From Podarcis cretensis (taxonomy: Eukaryota), in NCBI GenBank assembly GCA_951804945.1, contig OX638151.1, positions 63,922,001-63,986,000 on the forward strand: a stretch of DNA of 64,000 bases, given 5' to 3'. The notes under the pieces were generated by a model. That model did not search any database. It saw only the letters and a list, made by a program, of their open reading frames with translations, and was not told the origin of the DNA. Below, piece after piece: positions 1 through 53,800 of this stretch (position 1 is its first letter; every line of letters starts with the position of its first letter). A program made the position numbers and the translations under genes.

Positions 1-2578
1 TGCATTACCGGGAAAAGACATTATGTAGCACCTGTAATAGTGCCAATTCTGCTGACTGAAGTGGTTGCATGGTCACATACGGGGGACAAGGTGATTTCGT
101 AGATTTTCATGTGCTTCAGGGCTTATTCTAAAATGCAGCTCTTATTTTTGAGATGAGTTTGGTTCACACATCTGGCATGTTTATTCATTGCTTTGCATTT
201 AAAATTAGTATATGTGCCTTCAAATTTAATGTATCAGTGCTTCTGAATTAGGTATTTCTTACCCTTTTTTGAACTTGGGCCCATCTTCTATTCTTGCATC
301 ATCTTCTAGCTCCTGCCCCCCTGCTCTGTGATGTGGGCAGCCATTTATTCAGTCTCTCTTATGAGATTTCAGGGCTTTCTAAATTTTTCTTGGGGCAGGA
401 GGCATGTCACAAGGAACACTGGTCATAAAATTTAGGATTGGATGAGTGCAAGCTGCAGGTGCAGGAGCAGCTAACAAAACTTTCATTGCAGATTTAAATA
501 TTGGCTGGCGTTAAAACTGCTTAGGGAAGCTAGAAAAGATGCTTTTTATCCCAGGAGGGCAACTTCAGTTTGACAATGACATAGCCTTCATTCATGACAG
601 AAGCATAATGCTGCAACAATAACAATTCATTGTAATCTTCCTTGATTCCAGAGGAGAAAAACCAAGCGTAATAACAAGCGTAATAACTGAGATGGCGTTG
701 TACCGTCTTAAAAATCAGGTTTAGTTTTCAGATATTTTTAGATCCAGCGTTGCTGATGGATGCCCTAGTGTTGTCGATAACTTGTAGTGACTTTCATCAA
801 TGTCAGTTCAGTTGCTATGACAGCTGCAGTGCAGGAGAGTACTTTATTCTGTGTTGTAACATCCATGCTAGTGAATGGCAAGAAGTGTTTACATGTTGTT
901 TTGCTTTTTGAAAGGGCCCAGAAACTACAACTGGTACAGAGTCCATGGGCCGGATTGTTAACTGCTACAGTCTTCTTTAACTGAATGTTAAAAGACATTC
1001 AGTGGGCTCCCAGTTAATTTCCAGTCCAGTTCAAAGTGCTGTTATTTACATTTGAAGCCCTAAATGTCCTACCTGCTAAAGAAAATCAAATTCTGAGGTC
1101 ACCCCCACTGAGCTCAGGCAGATGGCTCTTCTTTCCTCTCCTTTGAACTGCTCCTATGGAACTCTCTCCCTAGGTGTACTTGCTGTGACTTAGGATAGAA
1201 TCTGAAGACAGAGTCATCATGACTGCCTACATAGTCATTTGTGTTGCACAGCCTAAGTCACACACACGTATGCAGACCGCTAGCTAGGAAGAATCAGGTT
1301 GCTTCTGCACTAGCTTCCCCTTTGATATTGCCAGCCTTGGTTACTCACTTTTTTGTGGACAACCCAGATTGTGTCACTGATAAATCATTACATCCCAGTG
1401 TTGTGTTTTCTGTCTTAATTGTCCTCCCATCTTTTCATGGACCTGTTGATTTGTGTCATTAAAAAAAAAAAAAAAGTTAAAATGCAATTTTAGTCCAAGC
1501 CTGTCAAATGTTGAAAGACAAACATCTTTCAGGGCTATTAATTAAAAGTTTCCTCCTTGCTGGCTCTGCCCTTTCTTTCCCATCCTGTTGACTGTGGCTC
1601 AGGGAGCATTAATGAATAGCCTGTATATCACTCCTCAGATAACCTATTTTAGGATTGTGGTGTAGTGTTATTTGCCCCTGGTTATCAGTTTCTCCTCCAA
1701 AGTGGTGTCTGTGCTTTCCATTCCTTTTTTATTTTCATTTTTATATAGTGAAACAGCCGTATTATCCTAAATCAAAATTTAAACAAAAAACAGTGGGGAA
1801 ATTCCCTTAGCCACATCCAACGGGAATTGATAAAATAGGCTGGAAACTATATGCAGAAAGCTTTTTAAGTAACATTGGCTGAACAGAATGTGCTTCTGAG
1901 TAAACATTACTAGAAGAATCTTAGCCACAGAGAAAGACTTTGGTGGAAATATTAGAGGCTGTAGAGGTTGTGTGTTTGAATTCTATATTTAGATGATTGA
2001 AGAAAGCACTCAGAGGTGCTTAAGGGGATTGAGTGTGGAACCAATCATTTTATTTGTTCTGAATGGATTCCTAGGAAGAATTGCTTCCCAGTTCACAACT
2101 GTGGCTTATATTGTGGTGTGTGTTTTTTGTCAGAAGTTGGTTGCCAGGTGGGGTGGAGACATAGCACCAGCTTCTCAACAGGTGGGTCACTGTTGGTTAC
2201 TGGGAAGGAGAGGAGAGTGGCAAGGCAGCAGAGACTTTTACCAGTTCATTTGCCCCACACTGATCTTCCTGCCACCTCACCCTTGCATCCTTCCTGGCAA
2301 GCAACAGTGACCCACCTGCTGGGAAGCTGGGATGGTGGGATGGTGGGTCCACACCACCCAGTTTGTTTTTGAATATTTGACACATTCTTTACCAGCTCTT
2401 TAAGGCCACATAAACTTAATGAAGCAGGATCTGCATGAGCATCTTGCACCCACACAGTTTTGTTTGGGGGTTTTTTTTGTCCATCTTCTTTCATTCCTCT
2501 GCTCAAGTTAATGGCTTCCTAACAAGACACCATTCAAAATCTAATTTTAAACAATGATTGTGTGATTGTGAACAATAT

Positions 2579-2911
2579 GGTGTTGTTTGCATGTCACAAT
2601 AAACCATAGTTAATGGTTTACTACGAACATGGAAATCGTTTCTCCTTTGCTCCTACACTAGCATTAGAGGGAGCGACAAACCACAAGCCTGGCTTAGTGT
2701 TACATAGAAAGCAGAATTTGTTGTTTGTTTCACTCAGATCTTGATACTAAATTATAGTTTGCATGAACAATTCACAATCCCAGGTTTGGATGCAACTGTA
2801 AGCCAAGCATTGTGGTTTCTTGTTACTACTAAGAGAGGAGTAAAGTGGGAGCCATCTCTGTGTTCATGGCAAGCCGTTAACTATGGTTTACTGTGATGTG
2901 TAAAGACAGCC
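2579..2911. mobile_element. Degenerate fold-back non-autonomous DNA transposon
   Basis: Left arm tcacaataaaccatagttaatgg pairs with right arm ccgttaactatggtttactgtga; inner arms are also complementary. Confidence 0.6.
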
Positions 2912-5900
2912 TGTGTATTTTTCTTTGAATTTTTGACAGTGTTTTCTGACACAATATATGTTTCAGAAGTGCAGCCATGCTTATTTTTGGTAGCAAAATC
3001 AACAAGAAATCCTTTGGCAATTTTAAAGACTGAAGTATTTATTGTGGTGCAATTCTTAATAGCCTGGAGATTGCTGAGTGAGATGTATGAGGTTGTATGA
3101 TAAAGTATAGAATATATTTATATGATAATAATTGAACTAATTTTAGATGAGTTTTCAGGTCAATAACCATTGATGATACCATGCTGTGAGCAATAGTCTT
3201 GCCTTTCCCGATTTCATTAAACTATTTGTGTCTGTCTGGGCTACCTTCTTCTGTGTTGATATAAGCAAAGTCCCTCATCATATGTAGCAGTAATATGAAC
3301 TATTTCCTTAATATTCCCTTAATATTGCTGGCTTTGTCTCCAGAGCAGTGTCATTAAAATTTCATGCATGGAGTATTGGAAATAAACTATTTGGTATATT
3401 CAGTGAGTATAGAATGTCATAAGAATACTTAGTGAAACTCATGCCTAGAGCTTATTTCTAACTTATTTAATAAAATATTGCTGAAATTTTGTTCTTTGCA
3501 TACTGTATGAGGCCTATGGTGTTTCGTTTTACTACAGATTTACATTTCTGTGACTTAAATCAAGGCTTTGAAACCAACAGGATGTCTCCTTCCTGGTTAC
3601 ATAACAAAATGCATGATTTTATGGAAGAGCACAGGGATTCATGTGCCTAGAAAATTTGATGCGAAGAATCTCTACCCCAGGAATTATATAGCTGTAAACG
3701 ATCAGAAGACAATTTATTCTGAATCTTTGCACATGCAAATGGGTCTTTCGTAACAGACCACTAAAACTATTTACTTCTTTACTTTTAAAGCAGATAGGCA
3801 CGAAACATGGTACAGTAATTCCAATAGTTAAAGCTCTGTTACTGGTTTACAGCCTTAAACTTATTATTTAGGTTGGTTTAAAACACAAGAAAAGAAGGGA
3901 TGAAACCATATAATAGAAAGTACAAATAATCTAGAATAGCTCATCTGGCCTCTTTCTCTCCCCATTCGGTTTGTATCTGTTGCTCAGGATCCTGTGTGCG
4001 CAGTATAACAATGGCTGCTGCATGTAAACCTGCTCACTGTCCTTCTCACTGCAGCATGACCAGACTCAACTGGGTGTAGGGCAAGATGATGTTCAGACTG
4101 GATACAAGTTGAGGTGGGCCACAGGGTTCTGGCTAGAGCTCTGGGACACACAGAGCAAGCTAAAATTGAGCCCTTCTCCAGCAGTAGCACCAGGTACAAC
4201 ATAACTGTTAGTGCCACCTGTGCTGCAGGATGCTGCTGTACTTAAAAGGACTCAATCTTTTTCTACAAAACTCCTATTGGAACAGAGCAAGGTAGGGTCA
4301 GGTATTCTAGGGTCTCCTAGAGAGGCTTTAGGGTCCTCTAGAAAGGATAGCAGTGGCACATTCTTGGGCTGGGAAGAGACCACCGCCTACCCCAGGTTCA
4401 TCTGGTACCAGTGCCTCTGGGGTTAGCCCTGCATTATCTTCCTTTCAGCCTCAATCACCTGATGAGGAGTCTGACTCTCAGTTCATGAGACATATGTGTT
4501 AAGATCACCTACAAAGACTCTTTTCTAGGTGTTTCTGTTGCCTGAAGACTGGTGGGTGGTGTCTGCTGACAGCACCTTCTCAGTTGTGGTTCCTAGTCAG
4601 GGGTGGGGTGCTTGGGAGTGTCACATTTTTTTACCTTTAAGCGCCGCAGGAGAACCTTTATATCTTCCCAGAACTTTTTAAAATTCTAGTTGAGTTTGAT
4701 TCTATTTTGTGGCCTTGCATATGTTTTCTCTTTAATCAAACATTATTATTTTTTTAAAGTTATATTGTCATTGGTTAGTTGTTGTTTTTTAACTGCCAAA
4801 GTTAATACAGTTTCAAATAATAAATAAATAGAAGTTTGGCCGTGGCCATGAGATATTTGTTCTCATGGAATCTCATGTGACAAAGTGTCCATTTGCATTA
4901 CCTTAAAAGGGGGGGGGAGTGACTGCAAATTAAGCACCTACCAGAAGCAACAGGTGTGCTGGACTCAGTAACAGCTCCAGCAGAGGCAGTGGAGCTCACC
5001 TGCTGGACAGTTCCAGGGCTGTTAATCTAAAGCAGTGGTTCTGAATCTTGCTCACATTCCGAGTACACTTTCCAAGTTGACTGGTCTGCTGAGGGACCTG
5101 ATCCTATGCGGACAGAGTGCATAGGCAAAGAACGCTTTCCTATGGCTGTGTATTGTCGATGAAAATTGGGAGCTGCCTGAGTTAATTGATGGATAAAAAT
5201 ATATCAGCACAGGAAAAGGAATTAAGCAGATGGAAGTGTAAATCATTGCCCTGTTTGTAATAATAAATGTTTGTACTCATTGATTCTTTTAAAAGTAGCT
5301 TATGTTTGTAAGAACATTTTCAGACTACATCAGGGAACCCTTTCCCCCCACATTGATTTGGCTGACTCTCTCTTGAAGTACTTGTTTTTGGACCATGTTC
5401 AAATACAGCAGCTTAGTCTCTGAATTTAACATTTGGTGCTTTCTGCCAATTTTAAGGAAGTGATTAACCTTGAACTTCCCACAAACAATAAAACCTTTTC
5501 AAATACTATTGGATTTTAAAGTTTATTAAATCCCCATGAGGGGTTCATAGAAGAGAGCTTCTCTCTTTGGAAGATAGGGAGAGCTTTATACCAAGTCGTA
5601 CCAATGGCCCTTCTAGCTCAGTATTGTCAACTCTGACTGGCAGTAGCTCTCCAGGGTTTCAGAGTGGGAGTCTTTCCCACTGAGCTATGGCTCTTCCCTC
5701 TTGAGTCTTGAGATGCCCCCTTTCTAGTATTGGACCATCTGGTGTGTACAGGTATCATTGTCTTAATTACTACCCATTTCTTATGGCAGTGGTTTGTATT
5801 TCATATGTAGTGGGGGCGATGATTGAACAGGGAGAATATGTAGGAAGAAAAGAGGTGGCAAGAGACAATAAAGAAGGACTGCATCTTTCATAATGGCAGC

Positions 5901-6226
5901 ATGTACTTGGTTATTAGGTTGTGTGTATTCTGTACTAGAATTTAAAATAAAACTTGCTCATGTAACTCAAATTCTACAGCCTGCGCAAATAGATGTAACT
6001 GCTCATTCTGCACAATCCACTCCACTTCTAATAGCCATGGAAGGAACAGAAGGCCCTGCATTCCTAGCCAATGGAAATCCCATTGAACCCCTTCTTTGCA
6101 GAGTTGCACTGCGTAGTAAATTTTGCCTTGGCTATTGCAAGGTTTGTGTGACTAGAACAAAGGTGGCTTGACTCAGTAGTAGTGGTCTGATTAACTGATA
6201 TTCTTTTCTCCCTCTTTTTGTGTTAG

Positions 6227-46196
<39,970 letters not shown>

Positions 46197-46854
46197 TCTC
46201 TGCTTGCAAATTACCAAAGGTGGCATAAAAGTCTCTGCAGCCAGTGGAGTTCCTTACATGCTATGAAGGAGTGTGGTAGTTTTTGCACTCTCGAGTTTTC
46301 TAAAGATTTCTTGGACACTGTTTTTTTTTTGGGTTTTTTAAGGCCATAGTAAAACCAGCAGAAGAATTTATTGGGAATAGACTTGGATTACCTTTCTATC
46401 AAATAGATCTCACCACTAGGAAAAATCATGTTTCATGTGCATAAATTGCTTATATCCAGCAAGTTCCTTTGGTTAGCATAACAGATATTTTCCGCATTCT
46501 TGAAGACAAAAGCTTCACTGGATTCTAACAATAACGGGCTGATTGGGGTAATGGACTTGTTTTCTGTTGTTTTTGAAGATGGGTATTTGGTTTTAAAAGG
46601 TATTTAAAATCAGCAAAATATCTTTTACATTTTACGGATTGAATACTTGAAAAGTAAATGCCTCACTGCTCTACAAGTAGGGCTACTGGGGTGTTTTTTT
46701 ATTTAAGCCTTTTGGTTTAAATATTATTGCAGAGAACTCTTAATTATGGGGGCAACATAGAGGCTTCTGTATCAGGTTCTTGTAAATGTAACTCCTACAT
46801 GGACATTCTGTATATTTAGGCATCACTACTGTCTTCTTGCATTTTCTTCTAAAA

Positions 46855-46979
46855 AATAAAATAACATAGCAGGTTTTAAAATGTGAAAAATCGAAAGCAT
46901 TATTTTTTCATGGATGAAATGGAAAACCTGTTGTTATCCTAGATAATGTATTTATTAATTTTGTTCTGTACAAAATAAA
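46855..46979 (+). terminator. Candidate proximal MAP7 polyadenylation signals (AATAAA at 46855-46860 and 46974-46979)
   Basis: Canonical hexamers in AT-rich sequence downstream of the stop codon. Confidence 0.45.
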
Positions 46980-48584
46980 TCATAGAAAATGTGCTTAAAA
47001 ACTACATTGTAAACTTGATTTTTCCTAGTTTCCCTTCTGTAAGGGAATTCAGGGGATAAAAGCAAAATCTTCTGGCATGATGTGGGTCATTCAGCCCCAT
47101 ACTTGGATAGTAATGGGGAGTGGAGAGCTCTCTTTAGCTGATGATGTGATTGATGCAAGAGACTTCTACACACCCGGACCAGATCTTTTTCTCATGGTGT
47201 TTTGGAAATGCAGATCTCTGTGTGTGGTCAACAAGTACTGCAATAGAAAATAATTTGGAAGGCTCCAGTCCTTTCTGTTAAGGTTCTGGCAGGGACAGCA
47301 GGACTTGGGCTGCCTGTAGCCTGATTGACTTAGACTGAGCAACCCTGGTTAGGATTCTTTCAGCGTACAAGTGCTGCAGGCTACTCAGGTGAAAGTTGTA
47401 TGTTCAGCAGGAAGCTCTCATGTCCTGTGATTCCATGTGCTGCTCCTGACATTTCCCCCCTCTGATTTTGCACCTCTTACTGCTATGCCCAGACCTGTAA
47501 AAACACTGCCTACCTTTCAGTTTGGTCTTTTGCTTTTATATCAAACTTGCTATAAGTGGTTATCGCTAAAGTGATACGTTGCACTTTAAAGTGCTGGATG
47601 ATGTGCCAGTTCAAGTCAAAAGGAGTCCTGGGTGTTAGCGTGTGATTGGGCAGTTAGTGTGTAGCAGGAAATCAATCTCCAAGGGGATGCTGTCATAAAG
47701 AGAAGTGATTTGCAACACACTTGAATTCATGTAATTTATTGGGTGCATGCTGTGTCAAAGAAAATTATGCCAACTGTGTTGGAAATTATGTGAGACGATG
47801 CTGCTTTGTGGGCTAGAGTGAATTGGAGGAGAGGAACAAAAGCCAGTCTGGACTTTTTAGTAATTGTGGTATAGCAAAAACAAAATATTTTTATGTTGTT
47901 CTCTATGCTCCCTGTACATAGCTATTATTATTTTTTAAAATGCCCCAAATATGTAGTTTTTGCTTCTATATAGGATATACGTATCAAGTAAACTTCATAT
48001 AAAACATGTGCATTTTTAATATTTACTTGTTGGTGCACTGGTTGCTGTTGAACAAATATAATGTGTCTATTTGGGGAGCTGAATAGAGGAAATTTCATCT
48101 TAGCTCTTTTGTGTTCGAGTTGGAGATGGGTTTCAGATGATGCACTTTAGGTTAATACAAAACTGCTGTGTTCCTGTTTCCTGTATAGAGGGCAGTATTT
48201 AGTTTTTAAACCCTTTTTATTTTTCAGCAGAAGGCTGAGAGAAAATAGCCACCAGTGTCATCCTGACTCCTGTGTGCACAGTGGAACTCCTGAACAGACA
48301 GGCTTTCCCATTCATGTCAATGGAAGGGCAGGGTCTGAATATGCTTTCCGTTTGTGAACACATCTCTCCTCTCTGATAGATAACAGGGGAAGCCCTTATA
48401 GGCAGGAGAGCTCTGTGTTGGCTGTGGAAGCCTTTGTACATGCAAGTTAAGAAGCTACTGATGTATTGGGGCATTTGCACTTTTTAAATACATAGAGAAA
48501 ATCAGTGTGCTCGTGTTGAATTGTAGCCATATAGTTGAGCTACTAGTCACATGAAATAACATAAAAGCAACAGTAGTCGAGCAA

Positions 48585-48870
48585 TGTTACAATGGCCACC
48601 AGCTTTGAAGGTTTTAAAAGGGGGTTAGACAAATGAATGGGGGACAAGGCTAAAAATGGCTACTAGCCATTGGTGTGGCTGAATCCTACCTTCAGCATAT
48701 GTATGCCTCTGAATACCAGTTGCTGGGAATCACAAGTCAGGGTTGTTGTACTGAAGTCCTGCTTATATGGTTGTTCTAAGGTTCTGCAAATGGTTAGACA
48801 ATTTGAGAACAGGATGCAGGACAAGATGGGCCTTTGCTGTGATCCAGCAAGCCTCTTATTGTGTTCCTAA
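48585..48870 (+). mobile_element. CR1-type LINE 3' fragment
   Basis: aatggccaccagcttt...tttaaaagggggttagacaaat...ggctactagcc...gatccagcaagcctcttat. Confidence 0.7.
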
Positions 48871-49675
48871 GCACATTCAAAAGCAGTTAATCCAAGATGA
48901 CATTGACTTAAATCCAAGGGTTCTTTTCCTCCAATAAGAAGGACTTCTTCCCTAGGAGGATCCAACCCAATTATTCTCAAATGTTACCGCAATGAATATT
49001 ACAAGAAGATAGGAACTGAGGGAAAGAGTTTATTTCTTTTGACATGACTCCTCCTAAAGCACAATAGTGGTCTCTGTATGATTTGTTATTTGGGCAATGT
49101 AAAATTTACCTGCCCTTAATCAAGAGTGCCGTCATTCATAACATGGTATCATAAATGCCCTTGCCATAATTCAACTTAACATCCATTTTCTATTAAAAGT
49201 AACACTCATGGGAACTTTTTAGAGGAAAATATTACAACATGGTTTCAAATTTACTGCTCAAAAGTTTTTCCAAATTATTGCAAATTTGTTCTGACATCCA
49301 TAGGTATGGTCTATTCGAAAATGATGTGTATTAAACGAGGGATCAGTGTCAGGGACCCTGCATAACAACTTTCTGAAGTGTTTGAATTAGGGAAAGAGTT
49401 TTGATAGACAGCAGAAAGAGAATTGCAAACAGAGATAAATGGATGATACTTGTGTTTCTCACTTTAGGACATATCAAAGTGAATGCCGGTGAAGTCCTAC
49501 TCATTTGCTAGTGAGGCAGTTATAAAAACTAGTGATCCAGGATTGTCTAGATGGTTCCTGCCAGGTATTTTTGGTGTGTGTGTGTGTGTGTATAGGGATG
49601 CAGTGAATTTGGATGACATGGGGTATCTACTGCTTTTCTAGAATTTGTTGCTCTTGGGTTAAAATCATCCAGGGG

Positions 49676-49722
<47 letters not shown>

Positions 49723-50042
49723 AAGCTGAAGGAATACTATTTTAATTAAATCCTGGAGAAAGCTAATCAGTTTTCTGAAATGTGCCAACAAATTCATGCT
49801 TTGGATAATGTGCTAAAATCCTCATGCTGAAAACTGAGGTCTCAAAAGCTGTAAAGTGTTCCACCACAACATATCCTTAGGCAATGAAAGTACTGATTGG
49901 TCATTCATGTATAAACACAGGCTGACTTGGTAGCATTATATAATGGTACCAGCTAGCATGATACATACTTTTCACACACATTTCTTTCTCAAAATGTAGA
50001 TTTTAATAAAAGATTATAAAATATCACTTGAAAAGCTACGAT

Positions 50043-50048
50043 TTTATT
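50043..50048 (-). terminator. Candidate polyadenylation signal of the Vac8-like gene
   Basis: TTTATT on + (AATAAA on -), about 670 nt downstream of the stop codon. Confidence 0.55.
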
Positions 50049-50717
50049 ATTTACAACTGGTTATCTGGAAGGGGTGAAATTAGGGTTCAGGTATTCTGAA
50101 ATGGGAGACTGCCATCAACTTGCAGATGAGTTTAAGGCCATCAGAAATGCCTAGGCAGCATGAAGATATTTGCCTCGTGAAATGGATTGTATGCTGCCAG
50201 AGCTGAACCTAGAGCAAGATTGATTAGTCTACCAGTATAGGGTCTCACAGTTCATGAATGCCTCAACAAGGACAATGCAATGCTACAGTACATTGTACAT
50301 CTAAGGATAGTGAAAGTATCCTCAGGCCTGGCTTATGCATGCACATCCATGTATCAAATAATGAGATGCATTGTATGAATCAGCCATCATGGATCAAATA
50401 GCACTAACAGACCTTTTATAAAACTTCAAGCACAGTGCTTTTTAGTAGAATCTGCAGAATCTGCCCACACATCCTACTGTGAGTCATCAAGCGCTGAATA
50501 ATGGAGCAGTAATACATTACTGTGTAAACTGGTCCCTAATTTCCACCCATATGGAAGTTAAAAGTCCTATTGCGCATGTGCTTGCTGTGGATTTGCCCAC
50601 AGCCATAGCGTGAAACTGAGACACCCACATTATGAGTCAGCTCCCTATACAGAGGCAACAAGCTAGCCACCCAGAGCGACACCACCTAGAGCAAAACGCA
50701 TAGGGTGAAACAGTTCT

Positions 50718-50839
50718 TCAGGTGTCCATATGTCTGACAGCAATACTGAGAAGCTCCTGTGTTTCTGCAGTTTGTTGACGGACTTGGTCAAGGTGCTTCT
50801 TCAGTTGGCTCTGGTTGAATGCTAATGAAAACTCTGCAT
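50718..50839 (-). CDS. Vac8-like exon 14: DAEFSLAFNQSQLKKHLDQVRQQTAETQELLSIAVRHMDT-stop
   Basis: ttttag acceptor, TGA at 50720-50718; ORF 50718..50918. Confidence 0.88.
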
Positions 50840-53800
50840 CTAAAAAATAGGGAAGCAACAACTCAACTTCTAGACCTGCACAACTCATCATATGTGTACA
50901 TCTTGCCCTGGTCCACAACTATACAAAACATTGGAGAGAGGTTTTGTTCTCCTGTCTTGCATTCAGCTTGGATCTACAAAAATCTGACATTCATATCAAA
51001 GCCAAATTGACCAACTTTGAGAACAGGAGACTCACACCTAATATATTCCTTGTTGTTTTAATACTTTCCAAGAGTAAGTTAGATACATCCTTTGATCATT
51101 TACTTGTTCAACAATGTCTCCTGAGAATCTTGCTTCCTGCTTTCTTTGCTAGGGGTATTTCCCCACTTTCAGACACAGAGTGTGATAATAATCTAAGCCA
51201 TTTATCAAACATTTATGCATGGAAGTTATTTTGCATTCCATGTTAACCAATACATTTTTTAAAAAAGTAAGTCAGGTTTGTTTGGTGCTGGAAGGTGCAT
51301 GCATAACTACTTTTCCACTGTGATTTTTTAAAACTGCCAAAAAAGAAGACTACTCCCCACTTTTTTATGAGAACCGTAAATAGCTGTTTCCAGGATTCAT
51401 ATATGCGATTATGAGAACAGATTCAGTTCCAGTAGGAAGCTTGTAATGAATACGGCAAATGAGCCTGTATAAAGTTCTGATTGCATTCTCAGTGAAATGA
51501 GAGTCAATTAACTTTCCACCAAACCTTTTTTAAAGGAGGACTTTGGTTTTCATTACCAGAAACAGGCAGGACTCAGCTGCGCATTATAGCTGCGGTGCTT
51601 CTGGTAAGTACTAATGAGCTTAGCTGTTATGCCATAGCATAGGAATCCCATGGGATGTTATGTGGCGAGTGATACAGCAGTCCATACCTTTCTGTAATAT
51701 GCAGAGAGTGGATATGCCCAGATGCTGAAAGCGATTCTCTTGATGAATAAGATACTTGATGAGGTATTGCTGTACCTTGCTCATATGAGATTTCAACAAA
51801 GACACCACCTCTTCTGTGCAATTAATTTGGAGACAGGAATAATTACAAAACTGAATGCACGAGGCAACATTTTACACACTTAACCTGGGAGTAAGTCACT
51901 GAACAAAGTGGGATTTCTTCTGAGTAAACATGCACTGTAAAATGTTGATACCCCATTACATTGCTGATGCACTACTTGGTTTTCTTGTTACTAAGTTGTT
52001 GGGTGAATGACAAATTATAAATTGGTATTCATAGTTTGGGAATGCTTATGATAATTTTATGGTGGGAAATGTATGCTTGGGCAGATGTTTAGTGCGATCA
52101 TTTTTATTGTGTTTTTTATATTTGTTTACTATGTGATTTGCCTTGAGACCTTAATAAATAAAGATTTTATAATGCTAATTAATAATATTCAGAATTCATA
52201 TATACCAATCATGAATGCCAGTATGGTATGGAGAATAGAGCCTTAAACTTCAGGTTTGGTTCATAAAGTTGAAGTTTGTAACTCAGAATAATAAGATTTC
52301 TTGCTGATTTTGGCCGCTATAATAATAATATACACTCACTGTGATTATTCTGACTCTAACACTTATAACATCTGTTATTTTTAAATGTTATATGGTGCAT
52401 TCAACAGAAACATTATGTTTATGTTATCATTGGTTATTCAAATTAAGCATCACTTCATATGGCACACAGTGATGTACAAATATTTTAGCGGCTTTGTGCA
52501 GTGTTGCTATCTTCAGTAGGGAAATGTAATACTGAGAAAAGGATTTACACAAGCAAGACAGAAGCTCCTGCCATGAACTCAACATGTATTCTTTACACCC
52601 AAAGGAGTCTGCTGGTGTGGGACAACTGGTAGATGCAGCTGCCACTTAGTCCAGAAAGAAAAAAAAATCTTAGGGAGTCCTATTGTAGCCCAGGGAACTC
52701 ACTGAAAACTATCCTAGAATTAGCAGGATTGGAAAATAAATAAAAGTTTTGTCAAAGCTGACTGGTACAGTGTTCTCCCCTGCTATTCAACCTGTTTGGG
52801 CCCATGGGACTTCTGTTGTTGTCACTTGAGTGATATCAGGCATGCTGGAAATGCAAACATCAGATCTTTTACATTGATACGTACTGTGCTGTAGGAGGTG
52901 TTTGATCACAAGGGCAGCGTGGAACGAAAGCTCTGCTTGTTCCACTTGGCCAGCCAGTGTTGCCAGACTGCATACCACTGAGTCATCCACCAATTCCAGC
53001 ATGCGCACTGTGGCTCCCTCTGGTGGTAGAAGAGCAGAGTAAAAGACTAAATCAGCAGAGTTGAAATAAAAGGAGACAAATGAACAGGCCTAGGGCCAAG
53101 GCTGAAAAGAGACTAGCAGAGCTTCAGAGGCCAGTAAAATGGATTTCAGAAGACTGAAATACATACATAGAAAGGGGGGTGTCAAAATGTTCAGAAGCAG
53201 ATATAAGCGGGAAGATTCCTTAGGGAGGGTTTCACCAATGGGAAATGTGATGCTCTGCTGCCCTGCTGCTCTGCTACCTCCCTTTCCATATATTCAGCTA
53301 GTAAACACCCAGAGGGTACCATGTTTGCCTCTGCTGGTCTAGAAGCACTAGAGAAATTACTAGCAATGTCAACACTGTTACCGATACAACACTTTGAGTT
53401 GGGATTAAAATCACTTGTCTGCTGTGTTTCACTCCTGTTAGCAGCTCTGTTAGCTATGCAGCCAGTGGGATAACGTAGAACTGTGGGAATCTGTTGATTT
53501 TACGACTGCCCTTTGGTTCCCTCTGTGCCCCAAAATTGTAAGGCTGCTGCAACCCTGTGCACACTGACTTTTGCATAGGTAAAGGCTACAGCACTACCTT
53601 CTGAGCAGACATGCATAACACTGTGCTGTAAAGTTGGCAGCAGCAACGGAAATCAATGAGTACAAAATGTGTGTGCTATCAGCCCATCCACTCAGCACTC
53701 TGGATGCCCCCTTACCATGTTTCATCAGGTCAACAAGAGAAGACATCACACAGTGAAGAGATTCCTCTTCTAGAAAGTCTACACTCTGGACAGCTTGAAA

